Source of the DNA: Rhizodiscina lignyota
Lineage: Eukaryota
NCBI GenBank assembly: GCA_010015805.1
Contig: ML978123.1
Coordinates: forward strand, 2,914,001-2,978,000
Direction: 5' to 3'
DNA: 64,000 nucleotides
Both the position numbers and the translations under genes were made by a program. A model generated the notes under the pieces. The model did no database searches. It had not been told where the DNA came from and was given only the letters and a program-made list of their open reading frames with translations. Position 1 is the stretch's first letter, and every line of letters begins with the position of its first letter. Below, piece after piece: positions 36,388-48,998 of the stretch.

Positions 36388-38894
36388 TATCGTGGCTTGT
36401 CACCGCCGGAGTTGCACAGCAGGATGTGCACTCACGCAGACATGGGTGGAGTAGGGCCTTATCTTCACGGGCCAGTGCAGCGCACGAACGACAAGCACTC
36501 GCTGCGAGGGCAGCTTTGGAGAAAGTTCAGTCGGTGTCCTTGAGTCGGGCGGATGTGCACTGATGCAGTGACGAAGGGTTAGTGGTGATGGGAGGGGGAT
36601 GCGGTCGAGCAAGGATGCGTCCAGACGGCGGCGACTGGTGCGGTAGCCAGGCACACGAGCGCGCAGAGAGCGTGCAGGATCAGCGGCGGCCAGTCGAGCA
36701 GCTGGTCTTCAGGCAGTCGTCGTGTCGTCGTCGAGCAGAGGGAGGACAGAGATGAAGATGGAGTTTCTCGCACGCTGCTACGCGCGATGCAGCGTGGGCG
36801 GACGATCTGGTGGTGTCTTGCGCAGGGGTCGGCCAGTGAAAGCCAGCTCCTTGACGAGCCTGACCCTTCTCCCGCCCTGGCTGTGCGCGCCTCTCCGCCG
36901 GTATTCGCTGGGTAAAAGTGTGGAGACGCTGCCCCTGGCCGCCGGAGGCTTAAGCCGCATGCAGATTGGTGAAGTTGGCAGCCCGCAGTCTAAGGGAGCC
37001 TAAGCACAGATCCGAGCCGCCAGAACGCGCTCCTGGGACGAGCGGTGCCACTATCACTGCGGCGACGCGGAGCGCTATCGAGCGGTGCAGGAGACAAAAT
37101 CGATGGGGCTACCAATATAAGAGACTTTCTCGCCTCTGCTGCAGGAGAAGGTGGTGAGAAGCTTCCACGGCAGAGGTGGTGGGCGTCGCACATTGAAACT
37201 CGCAGCACCGCGTGCAGTCGCGACTCGCGCACCGCCGCCCAACCTGCGACTCCCACTTCTGGCGTGAGCGTTTCGAAATGGGAGGCACGCTTGCAGCCTG
37301 CTCTCCAGCCGATCCACTCTCTCACCACCGCCAGCAATTTGGGGCCGTATGCTTCGGTAAGACGCAATATCTGTAAGGCTGCGACGCTTCTGCTCAAACA
37401 ACTCCCGCCGACCATTTCCTTGCTCGACCGTTTGATGACTACCTAAATTCTCCGTTCCAATGAGTGCGGCACGTAAGCAGCGCTGAGCGCGCGTATCTGT
37501 CCAGAGGGCCAGACAGCCAGAAAGACGTCAACCCCAACGTCTCACACGCCAATTGGCATCCGTCGCGACACACCCCACACAGTATCAGCTCGCCCATGGC
37601 CCGAAACATCTCGTACGAGCTGATCAACCGCTGCTAAAACATCACAAGTACCAAAGTACACCCGCATGCCCTACTTCCAGAAAAATCCCAAAAGCCGAAA
37701 TTCCAAATTTTCGGGCGTCTAATGCGTCTATTAAACATTCCCCAATATTCTCGCTCGTCGTCATTTTGCAGTCTTGAGGCCTTCCTCTTCGAGCTCACCT
37801 CCAGACGCCATCGTCAGGGGTGCATGTCCGAATGCATGTCATGCCCACCACACCCGCACTCCCAGCCGTGGCAACCGCTGCTGAGCTTTCATGGGTGATT
37901 CCTACAGCAGCGAAACTCTTACATTTGATATGCAAGGTACCGCGTTGCCGTGGGGGCTCCATCGCGCTCGCGTTTGTTAAAAGCGCGATTCGTATATGGG
38001 GTCAAAAGAGCGAGCGCTCGCAGCGCAGACCACCTCTCATACCTTTCTTTTTCCTCCGCTTATGTCATATCTCACGAGACCACTAGAATTCAAGAGCGAG
38101 ATTCTATATTCTTCTGCGAAAATGATCGACGTATGTAGGAGCTCCTTGTCGTCTATTCTCTTGAGCGTGACAAAATAGCTGGTCGCCGGACAAGCTGCAA
38201 TGTCCAATACTATCTATCTCTTGCTCTTCCAGGTTAGCAGGACTATCTCTACAAGCTTAGTTTTACGTTATTTGGGGTGTACATCACCATAGCAGACCTT
38301 TGAAAGACTTGCATATTTTGTGAACTGCAGACGCTAAACACAACAGCTGCCCAGTGCCCATGAAAGCTGCGGCCAACTCTTTTCTCGCCGTCGATATTCC
38401 CCTCGGGAGTCTTGCTAGACATCTTCTTTTGATTCACTATTTGGTTTCGACAATAGTCGTAATCGTAGCGACGGGAGAGGGTCTCTTTCGTAATCAGCCG
38501 TTGGATCTCCCATTCGATAATGTTCAACATCTGTGCTTATCTTGTGCTTGTCATCAGGTGTCGGATGCAAACCATCGTTGGCGAGGCTGCTGTGCGGATC
38601 AGACGAAACATGTCATTTATGTCATCGTTCTCCGCTACGACAAATTCCTTCCAATTCGAGAGCAACTTTCCTCGAGCGTAACAAAACAGCTAACCCAGAT
38701 AGATATCGAAATGGTACAATAAACGCACCTTTTACTCCCCAGCTGAGCCGAGAGCATCGTGGAAAACTCTGTATGACACGCCTTGGCTGATGCTTATCAA
38801 GACTGTACAGCTTTGCGATGCTCTCGCTACTGGGCTTGAGAGTGACAAGATAGCTGACCTTGATAGACGCCGAAAGGTTACAGCAAATACTAAT

Positions 38895-39555
38895 TGTGCT
38901 ATTCATCTTCCGCGAGAGTAGCGTTGAAAGCCCGCTGTAACATACCTTAGCCGATACTTATCGAAAGCACACAGCTTTGATGAACCTAACCTATCTCTAC
39001 TGTCGTGTCTGTGCACTTCAGCAGCTTCGTGTCTTGTAGCGATAGGTCAAACCTTTCTGTCACCGTCAGGTTAGCTAGCCGCGACCCGCCACGGGTGATT
39101 GGTGCCATTTTTGGTATTTTACAATGAACGTGTTAGGGTTGACAAGTTTATATACAACCTCTTAATGTCCGAACATCTAGGTGTCAGACATTGGTACGTC
39201 CTTTGGTTGCAATCTATGTTATGCAGTGAGGCTTCACAAAACGCTTAAAAAGGAGCGGTGGAAGGAACACAACTCGTGCTATCTGGCGTCGGCGAGAGCA
39301 TTGCTGAAAGCTTGATCTAACATACTCTAGACTACATTAATGACGAATTCATTACTTCAATGAATTTAATTCATCCTTACACAAGCCACTCGCTCCATAT
39401 CTTACCTGATGGGCGCCGCAAGGGGCAGCAAGCCTAAGTCGTGCTATTTAGTGTCGACGAAGGCATCGCTGAAAGTTTGATTTAGCATACTCCAGACCGT
39501 ATTAATTATAGCTTCGTCACTTCAATGAATTCAATTCATTCTTACATGGGCCACT
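38895..39555 (+). repeat. Degenerate repeat cluster: copies at 38895-39000, 39274-39390 and 39439-39555 (165-bp period for the last two)
   Basis: 39274-39390 and 39439-39555 align without gaps over 117 nt with 26 differences (24 transitions, 2 transversions, counted by hand). The 38895 copy shares gtgctat...gcgagag...tgaaagc...taacatac in register. Confidence 0.85.
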
Positions 39556-40015
39556 ATACACCTCAACTACTCGATGCATCGCAACTGCGGCCTAGGTATC
39601 ATGTCACCCTCAAGCGTATGCACGAAGACACCGAAGAAATTAGACTTGACTATGATGGAATTTGTATTCCTATCTTTGGTATCGTGAGCTTGTGGCTCAC
39701 TCGTGATCTATCTGTGGCATCCAGCCACCATCGGCCTCAGCGCCATTGAGCGCTATCATGCAAGTAACCCGCTTCAACTCCAAGCAGAAGTATGCATCTG
39801 AAATAGCAACAACTGGTACCCGGAATTGCGAAGCTAGGGGTACTGACAGTAGCAGGTGCGCCCACCTCCGGGTGTCTCCGGCTCCGTTTCCGATGCTTCT
39901 TCCTCATCGTACATAGCATCCGTGTAGATGCCATCATTGCTCGAAAAGGGCATGATCTCCGCGCGAAACCTGTACTTGCAGTAACGCTCATTCTCAGTGA
40001 CAACCCGCAGCAAAC

Positions 40016-41727
40016 TTACATCGCCTCCATCAGGTCCTCATCTGCTTCGTCTTCGCCACCAGGCATGCCTGACATACCTTCGAAAAGCTCGGGCCTGTCG
40101 TGGCCCACGTCCATCGCCCCAGAGCCCAGCACGCTGAACGTACCGCTCGCCTCAAGAGAAGCCTGGGTGCGCTTCTCCTGCTCCGCCGCCAGCTGCTTGA
40201 GGATGTACTCCTTCGTCAACTCGAGCTTGTTGTCCGCGTCGCGCACGTACTCGCTCAGCACCTTCAAGCGCTCGGCCTGCTTGTACATGTCCGCGAGATG
40301 GTCAGCCTCACTCTTGGCCTTTGGTCCTGCGGCCGGGTCCATGAAGAAGCGTAGGATTGGGTCGCCAGAGGAGGACTCGATGATGGCATTGAGATGGCCT
40401 TGCGAGATGAGTTCCTGCAGGTAGGGTTGCGCCTGATCGGCAGGGAGACCGAGCATGTTGGCGACCATGCTGACAGGGATGGCGGAGTACGTCTTCTCAA
40501 GCTTGGCAACGAAGAAGCGCTGCAGGTGGATGGGGAGCATGTGCACGAGACCGGCGTTACCGTCGTCGATCCACAGCTGCGCACCTTCGGAGACCTCGGC
40601 GGCGAGGCGAGGTGCATTCTCAGAGACAAAGATGTCGGCGAGAGAGGTGTAGTGCGGGGAGGATGCCTTCAGGTCTTTGATAGCACCTTGGTTGATCAGC
40701 TTAGATGGCTTGGGGACCTGGTGGAGGTTGTTAGCATTGAAATGGGAGTCTGATATTAAGTGGAAGGTTCACGTACTTGACCAGTCGCGAGACAGCCGAC
40801 GAGCAACCACTTTCGGTACGCCTCGACCATCATTCCCGTAGCGACATTCTGAGTTGGCGTGACGAGGACGTGTTCAAGGAAGATTTGCGCGTCCTCCCAC
40901 ATCTGTAGTGCGATGTAGGCCATACCACCTAGAAGGAAGTACTCCTGGACTTGTTCGATTGAGACCAGATCTGTGAAACCAGACTTCTCGTTGATGAATG
41001 CACCACTGACGGCATGATTCGAGCATAGGTACGGAGCATCGATGTTGGAGGCATCTTTGGGGGGGAAGGAGTGGATAATGTTCGAGAGGATTGGGAGGGC
41101 TTCACCATATGCTTGAGACGCCATGCAGAGTCGGAGGAAGGTGAGGTGGTGGGTCGTCAGGACGCCGCCTTCTGGGTCGAGACGCAGCAAGGCAGAGCGG
41201 AATGGGTGGATCGCAAGCACCGGCTACAAGTTATAAGTGAATAATGCAACGAGATACGTGCTTGTTTCACTTACCATGTCGAAGCCTGCAGCCACGCGAT
41301 ACACGAACGCGAGAAGCCTCCTCCAGTCCTTGCCGACATATCTTATCTGGATCGGGTCATATTTGCCCAGGAACTCGACCAACTGCGCCCACATTGCGCC
41401 ATCGGGACGCAGGTATTGCGGAATCCCATCGGGGACCTTGGAGAACTTCTCGACCGGCGCGATGTACGCAATCAGGACCTTGAGGTACGGCAGTGTTTGC
41501 ACGGCAGGATTCAGATGCTTGAAATGCATTAGTATAATGAGATGGCGGTATGGGAGGTGCCCTACGTTGAGGAGGCAGCTGTCTGTTCCACCGCCGGCTT
41601 TGGTGTACTCCTTCGCGGAGATCTTGTCGAGCTTCTGGAGGAAAGCTGTAATTTCCTCATCGTACACTTCGTCTGCCAGCGGCTCATTGGGTGGGAAGCT
41701 AAAGAAGAGTTGCGCAGTGTCCGCCAT
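40016..41727 (-). CDS. CSN3: COP9 signalosome subunit 3 (PCI domain), multi-exon
   Basis: YDPIQIRYVG, LLRLDPEGGVLTTHHLTFLRLC, EYFLLGGMAYI, MVEAYRKWLLVG, LEKTYSAIPV...LISQGHLNAII. Confidence 0.85.
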
Positions 41728-42196
41728 TCCGACGGCTGCGCGAAGAGCGCGAAAAGTTGAAATTGTGGATGAAGCTGTGCTGATTTTCGCGAGGGTGCGG
41801 AGCGAAGTGGGGGATTCGAGGATGCGGTTGAAGCTTTGCTGATGCTTTGGTGACCTCTCTTGAGTGGTGTTCGTTGAGAGGAAGAAAGGTGGAAGGTGAA
41901 TGGAGGTGTTGAAGGATTTAAAGGCGAGGCGGGTGCGGGGCAGTGATGTTGTTATATAGTTCGAGGCATCAACACCGCAAAAGAGTGAAGCTGCTCGGAG
42001 GTGCTGCCTAATCCCTGTCAATATCAAATCGGTCCGTGCGTCCCGAACACGCGCGCCGCGGCGCGTGCTCCGCTCCACCGCTTCACTCAACGGCGAACGG
42101 AGGTCATTTGTACAAAGATGAATTCTTTACCCTATAGGTACCAATTCTATGCCACTTGAAAAGCCGTCCATACAGGACTTTTGCTTGCCAAAAGAA

Positions 42197-45100
42197 TCAC
42201 TTGCGCCTTGGCTTCACACTGCTTTCCAACCTCCGCAAATGTGCTTTGAGACCCACGCCCTTCTCACAGTTGCCTTCCAAATAAGACTCCATCTTCTCTC
42301 GCACGCCTTTCATCCCCTTCAACAGAGGCATCTTCCTGCCTTCTTCCGCATCCAAATTCATCAATGGATTGAGCAACAAGTCGAAGCACTCATTCCAAAT
42401 CTCCGTCTGCCAATACCTCTTTAGGCCCTCTTTGATTCTGTACGTCTTCGTGGCACCAGCACCAAGAGCTGCACCCCTCTCTGCAATCGTCTCGATGTAC
42501 TTGCCAAAGAGCAGCGAGTGGATTATGCCCGCAAGGCCGTGGTAGTCGATCTGGTAGGTCCACGGCCGCATCTCCCGCATCTCAGCACAGTCTGCTTCAG
42601 ACGTCTCCCAGTCCGCGATGAACTGGACGTCAGGGCGGAAGGCTTTCATATCGATGCCTCGACCGAAATCAATGAGCGCAACGCCACGGTCGGACCAACC
42701 GTCTGTGCCGTCGCGCTTGTACTGGGAGGACCAGCTTGAATCCGAGACTGACGACGAGAAGTCTTTGCTGCTGCCTTTCGAACCCACCAGTCGCAGAAGG
42801 ACGTTATCGGCCTTCAAATCTCCATGAATGAGACCCTTGGAGTGCAACGCTTCGACAGTCCTGAGTAGCTCGACCGTAAAGAACATCGCGACAATCTCAT
42901 CCATCACACCTCCACCGTTGGAATCCATCCTTGAGATATTGATCACGTTTAGTAGCGTGCCTTGGTCGCGATATTCTTCGATGAGATAGCCCTCGTCCAG
43001 GAATAGATGCATCTCGTATGCGTGAATGATTGAATCAACTGGTCGCGACACTCCCAACCGCCGCTTCGCTTGCCGCATAATATAGAATTCCCATGCCGTA
43101 GGAGGATGCTCCATCTTGATGGCTTCCAAACCGCCTCGCGCAAGACCGAATGCACCCTTACCCATCTGAGCTGGCACATCTTCATCATCATTCTCGTCCT
43201 CGGCTGCGGCGCGACTACTGGCGAGATATACAGGCGCAAACGCTCCTTGGCCTAGCTCGCATTTGACGGTATAGATCCGATCAGAACCGTTGAATTGCAG
43301 TGTCGGTGGCATGGATAGATTTGTCGCAGTCTTTTCGTTCCCGTTCTTGTTGACTTTCGCAACAGCTCTCACGAAACGCCGAATTTCTGATCCTTTGCCG
43401 AACGTTTCGGTACGATGGTCGTGGTATCCATCATGCGATGCTAACGGCGGCTGCGCGTGGAAGAGTATTTGGTTCCTGATATGGTCATCGACAGGATTGC
43501 ACTGCGTCTCTTCGATGATCGGTCCTTTTGGCTGCGCTTCTTTCCCTGCACCGGTAAGTTTTTGGCTTAGCGGTTTCTGCTGCGTTTCTGTCTTCGACAA
43601 ACCAAGCGGCGCTTTTCCAGCCTTCGAAGGTTTTGGCAACGCAGGCTGTGGGATATTGACGTCCAGATCATTCTCCTTGTTCTCTTTGACATCGTCTACA
43701 AACGGACTGCTCGTTATATCATCGTCGCGTTGCGAAACTGGTGGCTTGTTCCGTCGACATGGTGTCTTGGAGCTGAAGTAGTCCTTCTCTGCTGCAATCG
43801 ACGTCGCAGCACCTAAGGAGCTCTCTGTCTTCTCCACGATGGGAGTCATAAAGGGAAGCCTGTTATTCATCATTTGAGCTGGATTTCGATAAGGGTGGGT
43901 CGGAGCATCGTAGTCCTCTGGGGGAATTGGGACAAAGCTCGCTGGATGAGACTGTGAGTGGAACCCTGGAGACGTCGGCGTGATGAGGTATTCTTCCTGC
44001 TCTGCGTCTGGCACACTGGTTTGTTTTTCAGCGTTTGGGTCGGACCATGATGCGCCTGTGACTTGGCTGGGCTCGTCATCCTCTTCATCGCCTTCATCTG
44101 GTAGATCTTTGACTTGACTAAAGCTGGACCATCCAGTCTCGCTGGTTAGCCCTTCGTTTTCGTCTGCAGTGCTCTTCGCCTCCGTTTGCTCCGTAAAGTC
44201 TGCTCCGCCAGCAGTATCATCTCCAAATTCGCTCGCACTCGCAGATATTCTGCCGGTGCCTGTGCTCTCCCCCGCGCTCGTATAGGCATCGTCGTCATCG
44301 TCATCGTCGCTTTCTTCCGCACTCGCTACGTCTTCTTCTTCTGGTACCTTGGTGAGAGTTTGGTTGAAGATATCGTATATCTCGTCCATAGCCTCCTTTG
44401 TGCAAACAGTCATGGTAGGCTCGGATGACTTCTTACGCTTGATCTTAGGTCCAGTTGGTGAAGAGAGGTTCGTCTGAACTGTTTGTGTCTCTGCTCGGAT
44501 CTCTGTGACTTTGATCTTTCGCGTTCGATTAGCTTTGTCTTCTCGTCTTGCCTTCTTTGCTGCTCTCGCTGCAGCTTCCTCCTTGTTAGGCGAGTCAGCG
44601 CTATCGTTCAGTGGGACAGTCTGGGTAGCGGGCGGTGCGTTTTCATCGTTGAGAGTGACTGGCTCCTGTGGCTCATTTGGCTCTTGATCGCCTTCCTCCT
44701 CTTTCCTTCTCTTCCTCTGTTCGGCAAGCTTCCTCGCACTCATTGTGTCTTCGTCGATGAAGATCTTCATGCCCTTGCTACCCTTCTTCTCTTGGGCCTC
44801 TTGCTTCTGCTCTTTCGTCTTCTTGACAACCGGCTTTTCCTTGCTCCAGTCACGATCGAGCCATCCCCTATGGCGTGCTCTGAGCTCTTCGAAGCAGTAC
44901 TCTGCACCGGAAGCGTTCGCGGGGTCGGGATAAACCGCCTCAAGGTTCACAAAAACACACTCTGCACGCCCTGTTTTGGGGTTGATGGTTGTCTGGCTTT
45001 CGTGGAAGGCAGAAAAACTTGATTGGGATTGAGACTGCATATACAAAAAGGCGAGAAACGCGCCGCAGCAATTAGTCCTGTTGCTGTCAAATGAGAAAAA

Positions 45101-46190
45101 GTTGGAGGAGTGGGCAAGTCAGGCAGAAGAAGAGTTAAGCACTTACAAGATCCTTGAAAACCGCAAGCTTGGGCCCTGATGCTTTCCTGCTCCCCCCCTC
45201 CAGTTTCTCGCCAGCCCACGGCTTGGCTTCCGCCGTGTTCTCCTTTTTGCGCTCTGCAAGTCCTCCAATGCTCTCCCATCCTCCAGTGCCTGCCGCACCT
45301 AGCTTCGGCGCGCCATTTTCATCACTGTCCGCGAAGATCTCCAATTTCTGCCTCCTCGATCTTGAAGGCCCACCCGCAGCAGCGCGTCTGTCCGCCGCCT
45401 GGGGATCACTTTCTCCAGGGCTTGATGCACTGAAAGGATCTCTCTTGATGCCCAGAGCCGGCCGCACAGTTGGAAGGGCTGGGCTGTTTGGGCCCTGTTC
45501 ATCTTCTGCCTTTGCTTCTCTCCTCTTCTCAAACTCTCCAAACTTCCTAACAAGCCTCTCAACTGGTCTTGCCTGTCTCTCAATCCCCATATGCCATATC
45601 TCAGCAGCCTGCTGCCATCTTTCTTTCATCTCCAACCACTCTGCATAGCTCTCATAGAACAGCGCTAGGCTCTGCCCAACGCCATTCCTGCTCAGAAACA
45701 CGTAGGTGTCGCGCGCGTTTTCACCGTCGCGCACAGCCGCAGCGCCCTTCGCGGAGGTGTCGGTGCCCTGACAGAACAGCTTGATGTACAGCAACCACAA
45801 CTTCAGGTACCTGGCGTCGTTCTTGTAGCTCTCATCTTTCAGAAACGTCTTCGTTGCGCGCTCCAAGAGCTGCGCTAACCCTGACTCTTTCGTTGCGCTC
45901 GCGGACGGATACGCATCTAGCGTCCATTTGACATAGCGCTCATAGATATCGAGCGGGTCGTCTGCCTCTTCGATATGCGCGAGCTCGTCCTCGAAGGATT
46001 GGCGCGCGAGGTTGTTGAGCGCTTGGGTATCCTGCGGTGATGGAGAGAGCGCTGATGGGTGAGAGGTGGATGTTGGAGGGGAGTAGAGCGTCGCGAGCGC
46101 TTTCGCGCTGCGCCCAGAGGGGAGGGACTGGATGTTTTCTTTCTGCGATTCGATGATTTCGAAGTCGATGAGGTCGGGAGAGGGGGCCAT
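42197..46190 (-). CDS. BUB1: Spindle checkpoint kinase Bub1 (fused Mad3/BubR1-type N-terminus plus kinase), 2 exons
   Basis: KEN box IESQKENIQSLPSGRSA, DDPLDIYERYVKW, GLEBS-like EYCFEELRA, PTMTVCTKEAMDEIYDIFNQ, kinase motifs LGQGAFAPVY, IHGDLKADN and LIDFGRGID; intron 45035-45146. Confidence 0.96.
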
Positions 46191-46322
46191 TGTGTTGACA
46201 GTTGACGTTCACCCAAGGCAGTCCTCGATACTATGATTTGAAACAAATTTGGAGGGATTTAGTCGTGCATTGCGGTTGTCGTCGAGATAATATCGTGGGT
46301 TGAAGGAGTTGAGTTAACGATA

Positions 46323-46345
46323 GTAAACAGACGAGTAAACAAACA
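46323..46345. promoter_or_regulatory. Tandem forkhead-type sites in the BUB1/CWF19L1 divergent promoter
   Basis: GTAAACA at 46323-46329 and GTAAACAAACA at 46335-46345, about 135-155 bp upstream of the BUB1 ATG. Confidence 0.55.
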
Positions 46346-46552
46346 GACGACCCTGGATACAGGGATGACTTGGGTGGGCGACAACTAAGTTAGTGACATA
46401 AAGTGCCATTCACGCTAAAAGTTCACGCCTGCCTTGAACTCGTGAATATTTCGACTGAATTTCATAAAGTCTATTCAAAGTTTCAAAGAACACCTTCAAA
46501 TTATTGTGAAATGCCATGAGCGCTATCTCAAGTCGCTAACGAGGAATACACC

Positions 46553-48302
46553 ATGGCCCCATCAAAACTGTAAGTGGCGATCGAAATCATCACGTGCTCA
46601 GTTCATTATTATCGAATATTCTGTCTGCAGATATATATGACAAGCTGATTGATAGTTTAGTGTTGTCACGGGTGCCGTGAACGGCAAGTTTCGAGAGGTC
46701 TTCGCGAAGATTGCAACTCTCCACAGCAAAAATTCATTCTCACTGGCCCTGATAGCGGGAAATCTCTTCGCAGACCCGGAGAATACATCTGAACAGGATG
46801 AGCAAGACGTGAATGACTTGGTTAATGGTAAAATCGAAGTTGCGCTTCCCACATACTTTGCTCTTGGCTCACACGGCCTCCCGAAACCTGCTATTGAGAA
46901 ACTCGAGGCTGAGGATGGGGAGCTCTGCCACAACCTGTTCTTCCTCGGCAAGCGTACGACTCTAAAGACCTCTGAAGGGATCAGGCTTGTTGCCTTGGGT
47001 GGTACTCTTGACCCAAATGTCCCTGCAGTGTCAAAGGACAAGTACCCGCCCTTCTACAGCGAGGGTGATGCAAAGGCATTACGAGGCGCGAACTCAGCAG
47101 ATATACTTGTTACGTCCCAATGGCCGAAAGGCATTTCAACAGGATCCCAAGTGTCAATGCCATCTGGAGACGATACACCGGTGCAGCTTCAGTGCATCTC
47201 AGACCTCGTTCCTGCTCTAAAGCCTCGTTACCATTTCAGTACTTCAGCTGCCGCTTTCTACGAGCGAGAGCCATTCTTTCATGCACCTGAAGAAGACGCA
47301 GGACCAGGGTATTCGATAACTCGCTTCATCAGCTTAGCAAGCTACGGAAACCCAAACAAGGCTAAATGGATATACGCATTCTCTCTCGATACTGCGGCTG
47401 CCCCTCCAGTAGTTATTCCACTTGGTACCACAGCCTCTCCCTTTGCTTTTGCCGGAAAGAAGCGTCCAGCACCAGCAGAGCAGAACTCCTACCGCTTCGA
47501 TACCAACAGTTCCCATCATAGCCACCAAGGACGGAGAAACAAAAGACAGCGTGCAGCTCCACCCACACCCGGAGAGTGCTTCTTTTGTCTTTCGAATGCA
47601 AATCTTGCAACTCACCTAATCACTTCGATCGGCTCGGACGCTTACATGACAACTGCGAAAGGTCCACTGAGCACTGCTTCCACATTTCCAAAACTTGGCT
47701 TTCCTTGCCATATGCTCATCATCCCTCTGACACATTCGCCCACTCTCGGTCTCATCGAGGATCGTGAATCCCGAAAGAGCACTTACGACGAAATGCAGAG
47801 GTTTCGGTCCTCGCTAAACAGCATGCTGAATGCAAAAACCGATGGCGAATTCGGTTCGGTCACATGGGAAGTCAGTCGCTCAGGTGGCATACATACCCAC
47901 TGGCAGTTCCTCCCAGTTTCATCAAAGATGATACGTCGTGGACTTGTGGAGGCGGCGTTCAAAGTCGAAGCAGAGAATGAGAAATATCCTGCGCTTGTGA
48001 AAGAGGATGTCAAAGATGGGTCGAACGAGAGTGGGGACTTCTTCCGCTTGATCATTTGGCAACCTGCTCACAAGTCGAATGAAGGAGAAGAAAGTAAAGA
48101 GAAGGACATGCACTATATGTTGCCAGTAGACTCTTCGTTCCGATTCGATCTCCAATTCGGGCGGAAGGTCTTGGCGAAGTTATTGAGTCTGGAGTCCCGA
48201 ATGCAGTGGCAAGATTGTGGGCAAAGCCATGAGGATGAAGTGGGAGATGTTGAGGCATTCAAACTAGGCTTCAAAGAGTGGGACTTCACCCTGGAAGAGT
48301 GA
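46553..48302 (+). CDS. CwfJ-domain protein (CWF19L1/Drn1-like), 2 exons
   Basis: MAPSKL|VVTGAVNG (intron 46570-46660), ADILVTSQWP, LKPRYHFS, CFFCLSN, YMTTAKGPL, HMLIIPLTH, HTHWQFLPV, FDLQFGRKVLA. Confidence 0.92.
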
Positions 48303-48536
48303 TGCGCTTATTGCAAGCCTCGCTGAATCAAGAGACGATCGGTTGCGATGGGAGTGGCGAAGCATTGTCACGGACAGCAAAGCTGATGATACCTTGCCAG
48401 TTTGCTGACATCGCAGCCCAAAGCTCAAACAAGCGCAATCACACGACAAATTTATACATTACCATGCGCAATGCCTACAGGTTTTTTTTACCTAGCTGCC
48501 GAAAGGATCTTCACCAGTGGAACCATTATTAGAGCT

Positions 48537-48752
48537 ATGTGCACTACCTACACATTCAGATACCCTTGCCATCACGATTGGGGACCACGTCGGTTTCTCT
48601 TATGCCCGATGGCGTTCCTTATCGACCGCTTTACTTGTGAGCTTCGGCAGGATGCCATAATCGTGCGGTCCTTGTGCCCGGCATGCTTGGAGGAGACTGA
48701 ACGCGAAGACGGGAATCACGGTACAGATCTGAGCACGAGTAGTGACTCTTAG
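48537..48752 (+). CDS. Cys/His microprotein, 71 aa (MC-x8-CHH...C...C...CxxC)
   Basis: MCTTYTFRYPCHHDWGPRRFLLCPMAFLIDRFTCELRQDAIIVRSLCPACLEE...; same motif layout as the N-terminus of the convergent neighbour. Confidence 0.6.
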   Translation: MCTTYTFRYPCHHDWGPRRFLLCPMAFLIDRFTCELRQDAIIVRSLCPACLEETEREDGNHGTDLSTSSDS

Positions 48753-48998
48753 GGAATTTTATGATCGATGAGTATGAATGCCTTGGTAGAGAGACAGGCT
48801 ATGCCATTGGGCAATCCGAATAGGAAAGTCAACGATCAAAGAAACGAGTCCGAATCAACGCCTTGGCCTTTGGGTGAACATGAAGTCCATCCAAGAAATC
48901 AATGCAGCCTCCCAGAAACCCAAATACCAATTGTGCTACACGGTGACAGCCTCATTCCTCATATATGCTCAACCCAAGCAGTTAATTGTCATTCCACA

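Noticed and set aside
38249..38906. Overlapping short ORFs in the long intergenic region
   Set aside because: No recognisable domain and no consistent splice pattern.
39274..39555. Repeat-spacer-repeat pattern considered as CRISPR-like
   Set aside because: Eukaryotic context, long degenerate units, and no cas genes.
41728..42090. Upstream in-frame extension of the CSN3 ORF
   Set aside because: TTG start and promoter/UTR-like composition; the ATG at 41727 fits the family start.
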